Source: Cladosporium halotolerans (Eukaryota). From it: a stretch of 64,000 nt of DNA. This document shows positions 47,401 to 59,391 of this stretch, piece after piece. The first letter of the stretch is position 1. Each line of letters opens with the position of its first letter. Below the pieces are notes generated by a model. The model was not told the origin of the DNA. It did no database searches and worked only from the letters and a program-made list of their open reading frames with translations. The DNA lies in contig NW_027191480.1 in the NCBI RefSeq assembly GCF_011745625.1, forward strand, positions 186,001 to 250,000, read 5' to 3'. Both the position numbers and the translations under genes were made by a program.

Positions 47401-48260
47401 GCGGCAGGCGAAGGCTTCTGCACGCCAGCGCGCAGCATCGCCTGGAAGACGGCTGGGATTTCAGCATATCGCTGGTTCTCAGAAAGCTGGACAAGCTCCT
47501 CTGTGAATGACTGTCCCTCTGATGCAAGTAGGTCTTCGGGAGACTCAGGAGGTGTGTAGACAGTGGCCGGACTAGAGGCGGAAGGCTGCTCAGACGCAGC
47601 AGAATCCTGGACAGAGCGAACCTCAACCGCAGACTGTGTCCTGGGCGAAATCTCCAGGTCATCCTTGGAGCGGAAAATCTCTTCGGCAATTGCATCGTTG
47701 ACCTGCGCCCGCGCAGCTTCATCGTGTCCAAAGAGTTTTCCGAAGTCGTTCAGTGCGCTCGTGGTGTATGATCGCTTGAGCGCAGGCGCGCTAGCCGCTT
47801 CTTTCGTCTCCTCACCAAGATCCTCATCCACCACCGCAGACTCTCCAACCAGCTTGCCTTCGGGAACTGTAGTCGGCGGCTGCCATTCAATCCTTCGCGC
47901 GAACTGAAACTGCTGCCATTCCTTCTCTTTGATCTCGTTCCTCTGGTACTTCTGCCATGCGTCGAAGTACCTCTCCAGTCCAGAATCATGGTGGCTGGGC
48001 TCAGGGCGAGCGTTCGGGGCGACGTGGGTGCTCGCCTGGCGCGCACCCTCTATGTGGTGGTGAACATTGTGGAGTCTGTTCTTCTCCGACTTGCGCCAGC
48101 GGCCAAGAAGGTTGTCGGCGAAAGGAGTAGCGTTGGTGTTCTGAGCGGCGTAGGAAGCTTGCGAGGCTGCGACGACAGTCTGGGCACCTCCGTGGGTGAA
48201 TGACTTGAGGGCTGTGCCTGCAAATCGCGAAAGGTGGACCGTGGGCTTCACGTACACCAT
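44406..48260 (-). CDS. Pentatricopeptide-repeat (PPR) protein, probably mitochondrial, intronless
   Basis: 1284-aa ORF with tandem PPR motifs (LYNALIGKLGKARRIDDCLFYFAEMRNLGIRPT-SVTYGTIVNALCRVSDEKFAEEIFEEM...). The basic/hydroxylated N-terminus resembles a presequence. Confidence 0.92.
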   Translation of the reverse strand: MVYVKPTVHLSRFAGTALKSFTHGGAQTVVAASQASYAAQNTNATPFADNLLGRWRKSEKNRLHNVHHHIEGARQASTHVAPNARPEPSHHDSGLERYFDAWQKYQRNEIKEKEWQQFQFARRIEWQPPTTVPEGKLVGESAVVDEDLGEETKEAASAPALKRSYTTSALNDFGKLFGHDEAARAQVNDAIAEEIFRSKDDLEISPRTQSAVEVRSVQDSAASEQPSASSPATVYTPPESPEDLLASEGQSFTEELVQLSENQRYAEIPAVFQAMLRAGVQKPSPAAYHALLVSALELTRSKSHKVPKALEVYSDMLRRRVTPSVATFGILIDLLAARASASVVARKDLEDRLARYGGLEGQDQFLFRSNESQYTMLLEDSSLSIALTMFKRASQDGSEMLSSTVCAALVRACAEQGRVEDMSKVYDHMISRSMTVASSVFPPVIAAHGNVGNLKNAVESYDEYKNLAIAHNAGAHEMDRVDHEVYAALIKAYGSADRLQGGLKFLEGIQAGITDASELQSLRDAVALQALLPLALNDSTCQNAFHLSRSLTGATFVSAMSTICVTAADRNLVEQSLQAFDALANVSHDLVKPAMAMIAMHVRNANVEAAEQYWAILESAPAEMMFIEPTTMRSIALIATGQADRGIGQARRMFARVRDSQPESAQAKTADRIDEAIEVIGRFVLTSKMPLPAESSAELLRTMTENGSLVEPIAEHIVARFGPEQIARLSPADVELLLRIQAGMIVRESTADIAGPARFGCLLEIIVAKVIMPSSDTETMIERTLINIDNAELSRLWNNYRYPQAPAFTPAPFTPAIPAPVPAFDETFDPYAARTDVKGSNAINEMLERPHGRKMNEALAKFRNMRRVGRVPRMFTYGKLIEAAAKENNLEMAHDILEMAKQDVPFDVRYRVVRFGWQQILDHMVAGCLNVNRRDLAARYHQDMLQLGFSPSANTFGLYITTLKENTKTFDEATEAVKIFHQAKSEGVEPSSFLYNALIGKLGKARRIDDCLFYFAEMRNLGIRPTSVTYGTIVNALCRVSDEKFAEEIFEEMESATNYKPRPAPYHSLMQYFLTTKRDRTKVLAYYERMRSKGIEPTLHTYKLLIDTHATLEPVDMQAAETVLAEMSAAGVQPEAVHYASLIHAKGCVQHDLPAARGMFDAALAAVARPQPCLYQSLFESLNANHQSASADSLLADMRARHVEYTPYIANALIHGWTLENDLNKAKHAFARVPMAKREPSTYEAMVRACLAAEKREDAKEVVKEALGRGYPSAVAGKIAELVR

Positions 48261-49240
48261 TTAGGTGATGGGATGACCCTTCAAAAGAAGAGTGAGGCTG
48301 GTCTGGAGTCAGCTGCTTGTCGCGCGAATCGGAGGGTGCTCGCATTCGCGTGCCGCGCGAGGTTTTACACACCTGGTATCTTCTTTTAATGCAATACTGC
48401 AGGTTTACTTGATGACACGCCGGTCATCAAATAAACGCGCGATTAATAAAAGAAGTAAATGATGGGGGGTGGTGGGTGTAGTGGGAAAGGGAACGTCGCT
48501 ACCAAACGACGAGGAAATGTGCGGTGTAAGGGTGGGCGACAATGGAATGAATGCAAAGGGGATGGCGAGGATACGGCGAGCCTGAGTGAAATAGAGGCAC
48601 TAGGGAGGAAGTGTATGACCGCACGTTCTTCCATCTGACTCGACCCAAGAGAAGGTCCTAGGCGCAGCGCGAATGCGACCAGCCGTTAGATTATCGCCGG
48701 GGAGCGCGGAACGCCCAAATCCCGTGCTCAGCCCTGTCATGTGTCGCTGTCAAGCCTTGCGCGCGACTTCCCTCCACGACGGCATGTAAGTGAATTGGCA
48801 TGTAAATCGTCCGGAACAGTTGGCAGGCGTCGCGCACACGCATTGCATGACGCCCACAGGTGTTTCCATCCAATTCGTTTGACTGTGCGCCGCCCTTTCG
48901 CGGTGCGATCGCTCGCTCTGCCGTCTCAGCCACAACCCAAAACTTCCTAAGCGCGGCGGCGCTCGGCGGGCCATTTTCGCTGCCACGCACGAGCCGTGAT
49001 CCTCCTCCGCCCGGCGCTACCGGCCCTTACAGAAACGTCCCCTGTGGCGTAGCTCGAAACTGAAGCCCTCGCTGCCGTGCGTGCGAAAGGAAGCGGGGTG
49101 AAGTGCCTGCCTGCCTGCCTGCATCGCCTATCCTACCCCATCACCGATCAGCATATACCTACCGCTCCAGTCGCCCTCCGCCAGACCCGTGACCGGCACA
49201 GCGAGGGCACGATTGCTCCCGTCGCTACGTCCTCTTTCCA

Positions 49241-50793
49241 ATGGCTCGCGTGGCCCCCAATGCCGCTGTAGCCGTGTCAGCACCGGGGAAGGTCCTGCTG
49301 GCTGGTGGCTACCTGGTGCTAGACAGGGAGTACAATGGCCTTGTCTTCGGCTTGGATGCCAGGATCCACTGTGTCGTACAGGATGTACCCACCAGGAATG
49401 GAGTATCGCTATCCGAGATCACCGTGAGATCGCCCCAGTTTGAAGACGCTGTGTGGGAGTACGGCTACACCCTGATCGAGCGGGACGGTGGTATGCAGAT
49501 GAGGCCTCTTAGAATGTAAGTGGGATTTTGTTTCGTCTGGATGTCAATGGCAATCGTTTGTCAATTTTACGCCAGGTGTGACTGTCATACAAGCCTACTT
49601 GCCCCTTTCCATGTCAATCGTGAAGCACTCGGAACGCCACAGGTCATATTTCTTAATCTAAGAGTGAACACATGCTCACCTATTCGCCTTCCAGAGACGC
49701 AGACCTCAAACTCAACCGCAACCCGTTCGTCGAAACTGCGCTCTGCTACGCCCTGAGCTACGTGACCACCGTTTCCGGCAACCCAATAATCACGCCTTCT
49801 GCCATCACCATCCTCGCCGACAACGATTACTACTCAACGCCCTCAGATCTGGCCTCTGGAGAGCGTTTCCACAACTTCGGCGTCCCCATCAGCAAAGCCC
49901 ACAAGACCGGCCTCGGCTCCTCCGCCGCCCTCGTCACCTCCCTCACGGCCGCAGTCCTCGCCCACTACCTCCCCGACCGCATCGACCTCACCACCGCCGA
50001 GGGCAAGCGCCGCCTGCACAACCTCGCGCAGGCCGCCCACTGCGCGGCCCAAGGCAAAGTCGGCTCCGGCTTCGACGTCGCCAGCGCCGTCTTCGGCTCC
50101 TGCCTCTACCGCCGCTTCAGCCCGTCCATCCTCGCCTCGCACTCCGAGCCCGGCTCGCCAGGCTTCGGCTCGCACCTGCGCGCCACCGTCGACGAGGCCG
50201 GCACGCCCTGGGACACTGAGGTGCTCAAGGACGCCGTGAGGGTGCCCGCCGGCCTGCGCCTAGTCATGTGCGACGTCTCGTGCGGCAGTGGCACGCCGGG
50301 GATGGTGCGCAAGGTGCTCGACTGGCGCAAGCAGGAGCCTGCTGAGGCGGACCGCGTGTGGCGGGATTTGCAGGCGGCGAACGAGGCGCTGGCGAGGGAA
50401 ATGCGTGCGCTCGCGGAGGCGTCAGGCGCGGAGCCGGACTATGCTTCGCTGAGGCTGTGCTTTAAGGCCATCAGGAAGAATATCCGCACGATGGGCGAGA
50501 AGAGCGGCGTGCCCATCGAGCCCCCGGCTCAGACGCAGTTGCTGGATGCCTGCGAGGCTGTCCAAGGTGTGGTTGGTGGGACGGTTCCCGGCGCTGGCGG
50601 GTATGATGCTATTGCGCTGCTTATTGAGGACCAGGACAGCACGGTTGCCGAGTTGCAGGCGCTGTTCAAGGGCTGGGAGTTTAAGGGTGAGGAGAGGGGT
50701 GGTGGCAACGTGAGCATGTTGGGCGTCAGAGAGGAAATGGAGGGCGTCAAGGTGGAGGATACGACGCCGTATGAGGAGTACCTTATCGTTTAG
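49241..50793 (+). CDS. ERG8: Phosphomevalonate kinase (2 exons: 49241-49515, 49695-50793)
   Basis: Motifs SAPGKVLLAGGYLVLD, NPFVETAL, KTGLGSSAAL, AHCAAQGKVGSGFDVA, VPGAGGYDAI. Intron 49516-49694 (GTAAGT...CAG) restores the frame. Confidence 0.97.
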
Positions 50794-52604
50794 AGTACTT
50801 GGCAATTTTTGCTGGGTTGGTGATTTGATGGGATTTCATTAATAACAATGAGCAAATTTGGCGTGGCGCTGGATGTTATACAAAACAAAGACAAAGCGAT
50901 GGAGCGATTGGAGCGGTTTTTGAAATAAGAAATATATTATACTGATGCCAAAGTAAAGACTCAAATTGGGATTGGCTCGACCATTGCCTGTCTGTTGTGC
51001 TGCTGTACTGTGTTTCGACGACAGTGTAGCACTGTGATGCGATAACAAATTGATTGAAGCTGGTGGTTTCCTGGCACGCTTGCTCACGGAGTCCGTGCCA
51101 GACCCTCACGGAACCTCGCCAGACGAGACGTGGCAATGCCTCGGATGATGATCATGCCATCCGTCCACATGCTTACCGCCGTACCATGTACGCACTGAGT
51201 CCAAAGCCCATACCCGTCCGCATGTTCGCACACCTCCACGGAGCACAGCCGTTCAGAGTACCAGGATCAGTGCCGACATGCGATGGATTCCTAGGCATTT
51301 GAAACGATGGATGCAAGTCATCATGCAGACGTGCCTCGGGGAACAGTTATCAAATTCCTTGGACGAGAGCAAATCGCAACATTACACGAGCTGCCGTCAC
51401 GGGCCTTGAGCCAATCTTGCAGATCCGCCAGTTCCGTTTGCCACTCTGCATTTCCTCGTCTCGTCAGACAAGACGCTGAACAGAGCCTTATCTCCTAGCG
51501 GAGACGCTTCATAGATCTTTGGTTATTTTTCTGAGCGATTGCATGCATGCCTTTTCTGCACACTCCGCACTGATTCCTCACCTCTCCAACACGCATTGTT
51601 CCGCAGTCAAAGGCCGAAGTGAAGGCCGAGCAGCAGTGCCAGCCTTGCCTTGCCTTGCCCAGACCCCAAGCCGGCCCGCTCGCCGTTCTCAGTCTCCGCC
51701 TTTTGGAGAAGAGAGAGTGGATCAGGTCCCGTGCCCCGTCTGCGCAGCGTCCAGAGCCTTTAGCCACAGAAAGCAAGACGATATCCCGCGCCGTAGGCGA
51801 GGCGTCGACTGGCCTTGAACCTTCCCATCTACACTTGCGCTCCCGCTTCGCCGCTGCGCCTCACTATTGCAACAACCCGCCGCCGTCTCCTTTGCTGGCG
51901 AAGACACTGCTGCGACTGTCCTACCTTACCACGCCTGTGCCTGACCGACGATTGGCTCGGCACTGCTGACGAGAGATCCACTCGTACCCATTCGCTCGCC
52001 TGGCTGCACGCGCGCTGCGAGCCCGAGTTCCGAGCGACCTGGGGAAGAGCGACTTCTGGCCACGGAGCGATTGACAGCCTACGTCGTCGTCCACACTTGG
52101 GAAAGAGCAGGAGAGCGGATGAGAGAGAGAACCAGGAGCCACTTCCGCTCAGTCGCATACCGGCCGCTGAGACTTTCGTTGAGGACCTGAGCAGGAAGGA
52201 AGGGAGCACGGATCCTGCTGCAGACATACCCTCTGGACCAACTCGCATCCGACTCTTGCGATCGAACAGCTATTTCTTGAGAGCCTGCACAAAAACTCAC
52301 GGAAAGCATCTTCAGTGTGTATTTTACGTCTGCATACGCTGTCGCTATCTGAACCCCACCCACATCGAAGCCCTGGCTCTCGAACACGCCGGTACCTGTT
52401 GCGGACCTTGATCCTAGTGAAGGACTGCATCGTTCGAGTTCTTGGAACCGACACCGATCACCCGGCTGTGGCGGTTTACCATTCCCGACTACGTGCCGTG
52501 AGTCGATACGGTACATATCACAAAGACCCAGCGTTCTCAGCCACACGAACAGCAGTATAAGCACTCTTATCGCTAAAGCAAGGGGAGCACTGGAAACGTG
52601 TACA

Positions 52605-53405
52605 ATGGCAGTAAGCAGTGAAGCACCATCCGCGAACCCGGCAGTGGAAGCACAAGCAGTTCCTGGGGCTTCAGCGACCGACGACCAAGACCACGCCGGG
52701 CCATCAAGCAAAGCCGTCGAGATGAACGACCTGAGCAATCCCGGCGCCGAGGCCAGCTCCTCAGCACAAGCGTCGAGCTCAAAATCAGCGGAGCAGAAGA
52801 AGTCCACTGAGCAGACTCTCCACCCTCACCCTCCGGATCTCAACCGCAGCGAAACCGCCGAGCTGGCCCTCGGCCCTGACGGCCAGCCGGCACCCAGCAC
52901 CGACCCTTCTTCTCCAGCTCTGAAGATCACCCTCATGCTTACCACCGGCGCTAGACACGCCTACACGATCTCACAAAAGTACCTGGCCTCACGCAAGGTC
53001 ACAGCAAAGGATGCCAACGGCAACTTCGACCCTCGCGAGATGAGCGGGTACAAGCTCAAGGAGCTGATTTGGACCGATTGGCGATCAGAGTGGGAAGCGA
53101 GGCCGCGTGACCCCAGCAGTATTCGCCTTATCATAATGGGAAGGATGATTGACGACAAAGTCGCGCTGAAAGGTACGCTCATCATGATCCTCTGACTACC
53201 CCAATACTAATTGTTCATCACTAACGCTCTTCCAGACCTCCCTTTCTCCCTCCCCAACACCAACGTCGTCCACATGACAGTCAAGCCCGCCGACCTGCTC
53301 GACGACGAAGCCGAGGCTGGCGCCAAATCCGGCGGCAAAGGCTCGATACGGGCCCACAATGCCGGCGAGGAAGGCGGCTCGGGCTGCAGATGTGTCATCT
53401 TGTAA
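52605..53405 (+). CDS. Membrane-anchored ubiquitin-fold protein (UBL3/MUB-like) with CaaX (2 exons; intron 53173-53235)
   Basis: LKITLMLTTGARH, LKELIWTDW, SIRLIIMGRMIDDK, NVVHMTVKP, C-terminus GCRCVIL-stop. Intron GTACGC...ACTAAC...CAG. Confidence 0.88.
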
Positions 53406-54003
53406 TCTACGGCCAGCTTGCTTGTGAAGTCTTCAACAGGGCGGAGAGAGAAGCGAGAAAAGCCACACCGAGCGACATGCATGTGGTTTGGGAGAGGTGG
53501 CGTTTGTGGGAGTTTTGATGTTTCTGGAGTCAACAGGAGAGGCATCCGCATTCCTTTGGGTAGGGTACTAGGTTTCTGCCGGGACGCGTCTTTCGATACC
53601 ATGCTATTTCCATTTTTTCTACCAGTGGCGGGACTGGGATCAGACTCTCTTTTGAGCTGTGCTGCGATAGATTTGAAAATCATGTTTTATCTCTCTGCGT
53701 TCCTTGTCTTTGTGCTCCCTAACAAAGCGGTTCTTGGTCCTCCAAAATGCACAGCAACTGTGAATGCAACGGTCGTATGCCAGGGCAAGCCACTGTCCGA
53801 AAATGCTAGGTCTGACAGTTAGGTGACACGATGGATTCATGTTGTAGTGTTCAATATATCGTCTGATGCATTCATGCTTCGCTATCCGTTTATACTGGTA
53901 CAGCCAGACCAACAGCACACACAAAAGCTGTTGTTACACGTATCCTTCGGCTCCTCTCTTGCCTCCACGAGTCCACCGGGAACTCCTCAACCTTCTTCCG
54001 CAC

Positions 54004-54520
54004 CTAATACTCCATCTGGCACCTCCTCTCCATCTCCGCATGGAACTCCATCCCGCGCCCCGGCTCGCCCTGGTAAACATCCTCCCAATCGATCTCGCAA
54101 TCCCTCCCCTCCAGCACCTGCCTGTGCAGACCCGCGCTGCCCTCGCCCAGCGCCGCGGGCCGCCACTCGCCGTTCTTGACGATCGCGAGCTCCATGCCGC
54201 GGCGCACGGGCTCCGCGATGCCGAACTGCCGGCGCAGCAGGCTCATCTTGAGATCGTCTTGCTGCTGCTTCCAGGCTGTGAGGCGCGCCTCGAGAGGGTG
54301 CGAGGAGGTGGTGCTGGGCGCGCCGGTGGCTTTGGGCGCGGGTGCCGAGAGGTTGAGGTTGTGGCGCAGGGTGTCGTGGACGCCGGGAGCGGAGGGCGCG
54401 CCGAGGGTGACTGGCGTGGTGGTTGTGGTTGAGGCGGCGGGGACGATGCGGAGGGACTTTTGGAGGTGTTGGCGGTTAGTTGATGGGTGGGTTGGGGGTG
54501 TGGTGGGTGGGTTGTACCAT
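54004..54520 (-). CDS. UMP1: Proteasome maturation factor Ump1 (coding exon 1 is the ATG alone; intron 54457-54517)
   Basis: ATG|GTACAA...ACTAAC...AAG| then SLRIVP...GAPSAPGVHDTLR...HPLEARL...LRRQFGIAEPVRRGMEL...VLEGRDCEIDWEDVY...FHAEMERR. Confidence 0.92.
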
Positions 54521-54765
54521 TATGGCGTTCGGTTGGCTGTTTCGCAGCCGGTGTTGATATGAGTAGGCTTGCTTTAAGGGAGGCTTGAAATTCAAGTCGA
54601 AAGCTGTGTGTTGGAGAGGTGCAGGTTGTTCGGAGATAGGTACTGTTGATGGTGTTTGCTGGTGTTCTGATGGCAGCTTCCAGCTGGATGCGCGTGCATG
54701 AGGCCGCAGCCAGGCAGCTGAAGATGACGCCGGCGCACGGGCGCTCCCGCTTCCCCGGAGATCCA

Positions 54766-54800
54766 TTCACTTCACTTCACTTCACTTCACTTCACTTCAC
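54766..54800. repeat. (TTCAC)7 microsatellite upstream of UMP1
   Basis: Direct reading. Confidence 0.9.
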
Positions 54801-55092
54801 TCCAGCGTTGTAAGTATTGTGAGAATTGTAAGTCCACTTTGGGCATTTCGCGATTGCTACGCGACACGATAGTGTCATTTCTTCTATGAACTACCTGGAC
54901 ATCGATGCTTCCCTTACTCGCTCCGAAACTGAGGCTTCTGAGCTTGCACTCGTTCCCTCTATCCTCCTTTCACCCGAGTTCTGTTGTCCAGTGAATTCAA
55001 GCCCACAAATGCACACCATTGGATAGTACCAAAGCTCGTATCTCACCCCGCATTGTCTCTGGGCTGCATAAAGAGGTTTCGCACAAGCCCGA

Positions 55093-56055
55093 TCAAAACA
55101 AAACGCCTGTCAACGCTTCGTAGAGCTCTCTCTCAAGCTGGTCGTCGCTGCTATTCTCTGTCTGCGTCGCGACTTCATCGCGCGCTGATGGATGAGCATG
55201 AGGCGTCGTGTTCCATGATCCGGTCTGCACTGCGGCCTGATAGTGCACTGGTCGAGCATGATACCGTGCATTTGGTTGAACGGTCGGCGTAGAGGTAGTG
55301 GTGTAACCAAGGTAGGGGTACGTCGGCCCATTCGATTGCCAGGTTGGCGAGAAGACGACATCATTCGCATGATATGCTGGCCCGCTCCATGGCAAGGTCG
55401 GCGGGAAGACGGTAGGGTTGCCAGGGTGAGGGTATGTCGGCCCCACGGTAGGCGTAGAGACGGTGGTGTGACCAAGGTACGCAGGCCCATCCGATGGCAT
55501 CACCGCCGAAGAGTTGGTTTTACCACGGCGAGTCGGCTCGCTCGTTGGCAAGGTCCGCGTAGGGACTGTAGCTTTATTAAGTTCCGTCGGACGCACGCCT
55601 GTGGCAGCTTCAACCTTGTCTGCCATCTCCTTCTGCTCCTTCTCGAAATTTTCAAGCAGCTTTTGGGTTTTGGCAGTAGGCTTCATGCCCACGTTGGCGA
55701 AGAGATTTGTGCCCCTGCGAGCCCAGTGGTTGCAGCAACGAGTGCACTGGACCCTGTTGTTGTTGTCGTTGGGCGAGACCCTGCGAGTGCATAAGGTGCA
55801 AACATGGTCGTTACGCACCGGTAGATGCGGTCGGACTGCAGAGCCTGGAGTTTGTGGTATGGTGCCCGGCGCATGGGCGTCCTCGGAAGTGTCTTGGGTC
55901 TCTGTGGTGGTCGCCGCCGCCTCTTCAGGGAACAAGATCACACAGACGTCGCACATATCGATTTGCCCGCTGGCAAGGCAGTCGAACTCGACGCCGCATT
56001 TGCCGCACATGTCGGACCACGAAATTGACTCCCAGTCAATGTCGATGGCCGCCAT
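55093..56055 (-). CDS. Orphan hypothetical protein with two CxxC-x14-CxxC motifs and Pro/Thr-rich internal repeats
   Basis: 320-aa ORF from ATG 56055 (CAACATGG context). Motifs CGKC-x14-CDVC and CTLC-x14-CTRC...W. GP[AT]Y repeats. Confidence 0.6.
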   Translation of the reverse strand: MAAIDIDWESISWSDMCGKCGVEFDCLASGQIDMCDVCVILFPEEAAATTTETQDTSEDAHAPGTIPQTPGSAVRPHLPVRNDHVCTLCTRRVSPNDNNNRVQCTRCCNHWARRGTNLFANVGMKPTAKTQKLLENFEKEQKEMADKVEAATGVRPTELNKATVPTRTLPTSEPTRRGKTNSSAVMPSDGPAYLGHTTVSTPTVGPTYPHPGNPTVFPPTLPWSGPAYHANDVVFSPTWQSNGPTYPYLGYTTTSTPTVQPNARYHARPVHYQAAVQTGSWNTTPHAHPSARDEVATQTENSSDDQLERELYEALTGVLF

Positions 56056-58641
56056 GTTGTTGGTGGTGATGGCTATTGCGCAACAGCCGGATGTCGATGC
56101 GCTGGTGTTGACTGATGTGCTTGCGAGGATGTCACTTCGCAAGCAGGCTGGTTGAAAGTGTCGTAGTATGGTATCGTGGCAGCGCTGGTGTGTGTCAAAG
56201 AAACAGCGAGTGCAGCCGCGCGAACTTCACTTGACCTCGACCGAAGCCGGGACTCGAAGTCCTTCGACCCAGGAGCAAGTTGCATGCCACCATCTGCAAG
56301 CATGTCTTTATCGCATCAATGCAAACACAAATGTGGCCCTTCAATCAACATCGATCGATCCATCGACATTGGCTATCGATCTCTCGATGTATAAGGAGGC
56401 CAGTAAATGTATCTCACGCCTCCGCGCCGACTTCATATCATGACTCCAGAATAGTTCAGCATGGCACGAGTCCGAGGACGCTTGAGACTAAGTATAGGAC
56501 GTATTTTTGCGCAACCGAGCTTCAGCTAATGTTATAGCTGGTAATAGCTCTCTGTAACACGAGATAAGCACTGCAAAACAGCAGTTCAAACCGGTCCGAT
56601 ATTTCTAGCACGACGAGGTCGTTGTGACGAAGTCAAGGTTTAGGCCTGGTTAGGCGCAACCTACTCTAGCAGTGGAATGGTCTATCTTCTATGTTGCCAC
56701 ATCCAGAGAGACTGTCTTCCGTAGACGCTGCATTTTCGAGATAGTGGCCAGAGCAGAGGTTTAGACTTGTCGCTGAACGGTATTTTCATCGAAGAGAACC
56801 GCCAATAGATACTAAATGGCAATAGCGCTGTGACAAGAAGGACATGCATGGGGCATGGTAATTTCGAACGTTTTTGCATGGTGACAACATGCAGGGCCGT
56901 GTATGGGGGACTGTCATCATTGAAGCCTCCAAATCAACTCGCTACTTGTCAACGGCAGAGAAGACTGGGTCAGGAATTACAGATTTTGTGAGGCCAAGGT
57001 CCCCAATGAGTGCAGCGGCAATCCCTTCGCACGAAGGTTTGTGCCGACTCTGTAGATATCATGTGCCAGTCTAAATCATGCTTCGAGTCATTGTGATAGT
57101 AGACGGGCACTCTACAAGAACAGATGTCCATGCTCGCGATGTTGCCCGTGGTAGATCTGTCCTCAAACTCCCGAGGACGACCACGCAGCTATTTGTGTGG
57201 CAATTGCTGCGCTACCGGTCCCCTCTCATTTCTTTGGGCTCAAGCAGCTCTTCGTGCCAAATCGAGCATATGTAAATCTCTTTTCCGCCACAAGGTATTG
57301 GCGGATGGCCATCAAAGTGTGGATGCTTTTGATTGTACGTCAACTCATTGAATCGACGGAGTGACCCTTTCGGTCCTCTGAAGCCAAACCTTATTGATCG
57401 TAAGAAAGACTCTGCGGGCCTCTGCAATCCTGCGTAGCATTTCAAGGTTGAGTGCAGACATACCGTTGCTCCGTGTGTGACAAGGTAGCCAAGTCCCTGG
57501 TGCAGACCAACCTCAGGAAGGTAGATTGGGGTTGGCTTCCATATAGCCAGGCTTCGAGTAGAGAAGCGTTGAGAAAAGGAGCGCCTCTTCCTAATTTTAC
57601 CTACCCAAAGCAGACTTGGAGAGTTGGCCGTAAAGCCAGCAGTGACCGGTGAAGCGATGCGCTGCCCTACGGCCAGACCTTGCGGTCCTTCCCAGGCCTG
57701 CAATACCGGCCGGCAAATGGGCAGAACCATATACACCTGCTGCGGCCCTTGATATGAGGGTTCAGGAGCCCCTCGGATGTGCTTCAGAGCATATACATTT
57801 TCGTGAGCCTTGAAACCAAAGGTGTGGCTGCAATATGGCAGGGTCTTGGCGCGCGCTCGCACCGCATATAAGTGACGGGGGCCTTTCTGTGCAACAAAGC
57901 TCGCTTCCCCCGACACCCACAGCGTTCCCACCAGCACCACCAGCACCACCAGCAGCACCACCACCACCCCAGTCACACCGCAACCATCATCAGTGCAGTC
58001 ATCAGCATCGGCGCTTCTTCATCCGTCGCGCCCTTGATGACCTCCGTCATCGAGGCGAAGCTGCAACTGCCTTGGTCGACACCCAATCAACAACGCGCGA
58101 CCACCGGCGTTGGCGTCCCTCCGCCTCGCCTCGCCCTCGCCATGCACCACGTCCATGACGAGGCCGCTGGTAGTGAGAGCTGTCGACGAGAACCGTCACG
58201 GTTCACCTGCGTGGTGTCCTGACCGGCCCGTCAAGGTACGTGACCACCCCCTGAAGGAGACTCTAACATGGGAGGATCGCGCCAGCGCCTGAAGATAGGC
58301 GCGCGCACTTGCCAGAGCATGTTCCCAGCGCCTGTCATCCGACGGTGAGACTGCAAATGGACAACATGATATGGCCATTCGCGGATGTGACGCGACCGAT
58401 TGGAGGTGGCGCTCTACGGTCCTCACCCGAAGTTGGCTGCCCAGGCACCAGTCAAGAAGAACTTCACATCGGCTGCGAATTCATCTTCGCGCGCGACCTT
58501 GTGTGATCACTTCCGTGACAGCAGCGACACACAATAACCACGCTGACGATGCCAACCGAGTCAAAATCGCGCATTGGCCTCAACTCGCGCTCACATCGTT
58601 GAGCTCAAAAGTAAGTCTAACCATTTCAAGAGTTCCCTGTG

Positions 58642-58733
58642 TGGCGAGGATGACCCAAAAGACCAGATCCTAAGCGAGCCCGCCATCGTGGTTCGCAATG
58701 GGGAATCAAATCAAGAGCTAGAACTGATTGCCA
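58642..58733 (+). ncRNA. Box C/D snoRNA/scaRNA-like RNA, copy A (most diverged)
   Basis: C-like AGGATGA 58647-58653, D CTGA 58724-58727. Flanking TGGCG/TGCCA stem and internal GCGAGCC/GGTTCGC hairpin. Confidence 0.5.
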
Positions 58734-58891
58734 AGCACCGCCGCCGATCAAGATGGGAGTTGTACCGTTGTTGCTGCGAGAGAGAGCACCTGTTGACATA
58801 ATTCAAGTCCAGACATAGCGCGATCGCTTGAGGCCACGCTCATATCGGTCAACATTCAGGGTAAGTCGAAGGCTGCCCGGCAATCCGTTCC

Positions 58892-58983
58892 TGGCAAAGA
58901 TGACACAACAATAAGAACAGATACTTCTGCAGCAAGCCTTCCAGGCTAGCGTTGAAGATAATACACACGAGCAACCTGAGCCA
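58892..58983 (+). ncRNA. Box C/D snoRNA/scaRNA-like RNA, copy B
   Basis: TGGC-A-AAGATGA...CTGA-GCCA. U2-complementary AAGAACAGATACT 58913-58925, hairpin AGCCT/AGGCT, C'-like TTGAAGA. Confidence 0.6.
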
Positions 58984-59134
58984 AAGCCCCTCAAAACTCA
59001 TAATGCGATCTCCACTGCTGAGGCGAAAGACAGCACAAGCTAACACGCTTCAAGTTTAGGTGCCGGCTACTCGTTTTCGCCCACACTCGTCTTCCTTGAC
59101 CCAAGAGTAAGTCGAAAGCTGCCTGGCGTTCCCT

Positions 59135-59232
59135 TTTTGGCAAGGATGAAGCAAAAGCAAGAACAGATACTTCTGCAGCAAGCCTTGCAGGCTAGCGTTG
59201 AAGATAATACACACGAGCAAACTGAGCCAAAA
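59135..59232 (+). ncRNA. Box C/D snoRNA/scaRNA-like RNA, copy C
   Basis: Perfect 7-bp terminal stem TTTTGGC/GCCAAAA enclosing AGGATGA (59143-59149) and CTGA (59222-59225). U2-complementary tract 59159-59171. Confidence 0.68.
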
Positions 59233-59391
59233 CCCCCTCAGAACTCATGATGCGATCTCTACTGCTGAGGCGAAAGATAGCAAGAGCTGACACGCGTCAA
59301 GCTTAGGTCTCGTGTATTCTCTTTGGCCCTCACTCAGAGTCTTCGTTCCAAGAGTAAGGTGAGTGTCGAAAGCTGCCTCAGACTTCCCTCC

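Noticed and set aside
54521..54800. Rpn4/PACE element upstream of UMP1
   Set aside because: No GGTGGCAAA-like match was found on either strand by eye.
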